Shown in pieces: positions 62,768 to 64,000 of a DNA stretch of 64,000 nt (its first letter is position 1; each line of letters begins with the position of its first letter). The stretch comes from Nitrosopumilus sp. (GTDB taxonomy: Archaea; Thermoproteota; Nitrososphaeria; Nitrososphaerales; Nitrosopumilaceae), in NCBI GenBank assembly GCA_965214775.1, contig OZ243974.1:864001-928000 (forward strand), given 5' to 3'. The notes beneath the pieces are model-generated. The model did not search any database and was not told the DNA's origin. It saw only the letters and a list, made by a program, of their open reading frames with translations. Both the position numbers and the translations under genes were made by a program.

Positions 62768-63748
62768 TTATTCGTTGTAGATGGGCTTTACAAGATCTGC
62801 CACATCGGCCCATGACTGGATTACTTTTTCAAACAAATAGACCAAATCAAGGAAATCCATCGGAATTTCCTTTTTCTTGTCCAGGCTTGCACGCAGCGAA
62901 CTGAGTTTGCCTTCCAGTTCCTTATGGGACGAAATTGCTTCGATTGCCAGTAACCTGTCAGGCCCTGTAAAGGCATCGATGGATTTTTCAGCCAAGATGT
63001 CAAAATTCCTCACAACGTCAAAAATTTTCTTTGTGTGCTCCTTTGAAAGTGATGAACTGTAAATCAGGTCGGACAGCTCAACTATGGAATCGCCTGCATT
63101 TTCCAACAGGTTTGCAGCAACCCTGTAATCCAGAATGTCAATGTTTTCCAGATTAAAGGCAGTTGCCAGCCTTCTGTCTACAAGGGTACTTCGGATTAAT
63201 CTGACCAGCAAAAAGTACTGCCGGTTAACTTCCACATCGCGATTTGGAATGGTTTGCAGGTTGGATTTGTCATTTGATGTCAGGCCGTTTGTCGCATCGT
63301 CATACATTCCCAGAGCAATCGAGCTCATTCTTTTGAGAATTTTTTGCGGATTTAGCGTCGTTGCATCCAAAAGAAACTGCATGTTAATGTGACGGGCGTC
63401 CTCTTCAATTATTTCCATTCCAACAAGTCGCCTCATGGAATTGCGTATCTGCTCTCGATCTTGGCCAGGAATTATGGACTTTGAGTTGATTTGAATGATG
63501 TCATATCCCAAAAGATATGCACCGGTAATGTCTGCAACGATATTCTCCTCTTTTGGCAGGGGATATGAAATAACCAATTCCTTGGTTCTGCGGGTTTCTT
63601 TGTTTGCAGAAATGGAAATGCTGTCCTGGCCGGTTTCAAGTTCTACCTGACTGCTTTTATCCAAGTTGTTTGCATCAACCCATTCTTTTGGAAGGGAGAC
63701 TAGAATGCTGCTTCCGATTCTTTGCAGGCGTCTAATGAATTTAGTCAA
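62768..63748 (-). CDS. phoU: AbrB-PhoU phosphate uptake regulator paralog
   Basis: RRLQRIGSSILVSLPKEW; DVEVNRQYF and LENAGD. Confidence 0.88.
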   Translation of the reverse strand: MTKFIRRLQRIGSSILVSLPKEWVDANNLDKSSQVELETGQDSISISANKETRRTKELVISYPLPKEENIVADITGAYLLGYDIIQINSKSIIPGQDREQIRNSMRRLVGMEIIEEDARHINMQFLLDATTLNPQKILKRMSSIALGMYDDATNGLTSNDKSNLQTIPNRDVEVNRQYFLLVRLIRSTLVDRRLATAFNLENIDILDYRVAANLLENAGDSIVELSDLIYSSSLSKEHTKKIFDVVRNFDILAEKSIDAFTGPDRLLAIEAISSHKELEGKLSSLRASLDKKKEIPMDFLDLVYLFEKVIQSWADVADLVKPIYNE

Positions 63749-63813
63749 TTTATACTAATTTAATTAATTTAAGCCATATTCTTATATTTTGTGTTAAATT
63801 TAAACTCAAATGA

Positions 63814-64000
63814 ATGGAGGCCAAGGCGTTTTGTCCTGCACACATCACAGGCTTTTTCACAGCCCATTTAGGTGACTCGCAAAAAAATTCCGAGAGTCTT
63901 GGTTCGACGGGGGCAGGGTTCTCAATCAAGCAAGGAGTAACAACCAGCGTGATGGTTAGTGAAAGGCAGGGGCAGGAATCAAATTTTAAGATTTCAGCAG
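63814..64000 (+). CDS. Pantoate kinase (GHMP family), 5' part only
   Basis: MEAKAFCPAHITGFF...GSTGAGFSI; runs off the window end. Confidence 0.75.
   Translation, partial: MEAKAFCPAHITGFFTAHLGDSQKNSESLGSTGAGFSIKQGVTTSVMVSERQGQESNFKISA

Noticed and set aside
1-64000. tRNA, rRNA, provirus or casposon
   Set aside because: No such sequence or hallmark gene (cas1, polB, capsid, tyrosine integrase) was recognised by eye; tRNAscan-SE and HMM runs would be needed to exclude them fully.

Overview
This window looks like a Thaumarchaeota (Nitrosopumilaceae-like) chromosome segment, judged by archaeal TFE, Trm56, NAC, GTP cyclohydrolase III and a thaumarchaeal-type NirK. The very high IS/MITE load, the serpin and the large secreted protease suggest a host-associated lineage such as a sponge symbiont (inference). 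Core blocks are the riboflavin cluster, SSADH-TFE-Trm56-HflX-PhoU, Hsp20-AarF, an ABC transporter and NUDIX/PhoU/pantoate kinase. They alternate with accessory regions holding IS6, IS5, ISH3, IS630, IS481, IS66 and IS110 elements and several MITE families, many nested with recognisable target duplications. Highlights: (1) two differently deleted IS110/IS1111-type elements sit at the same TA inside an IS66 terminal repeat, and both keep a non-coding end that folds by eye into a two-loop bridge/seekRNA-like structure with partial matches to target and donor; (2) an 11.7-kb IS66-bounded unit with an 8-bp TSD carries a subtilase plus serpin pair; (3) an Ssp-type phosphorothioation-like operon (cysteine desulfurase, DUF4007, ATPase) lacks the PAPS-reductase gene and is cut by IS630; (4) three '35-39 bp duplication + 32-38 bp insert' scars resemble off-target CRISPR spacer integration. 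All calls come from reading the sequence by eye; no searches were run.
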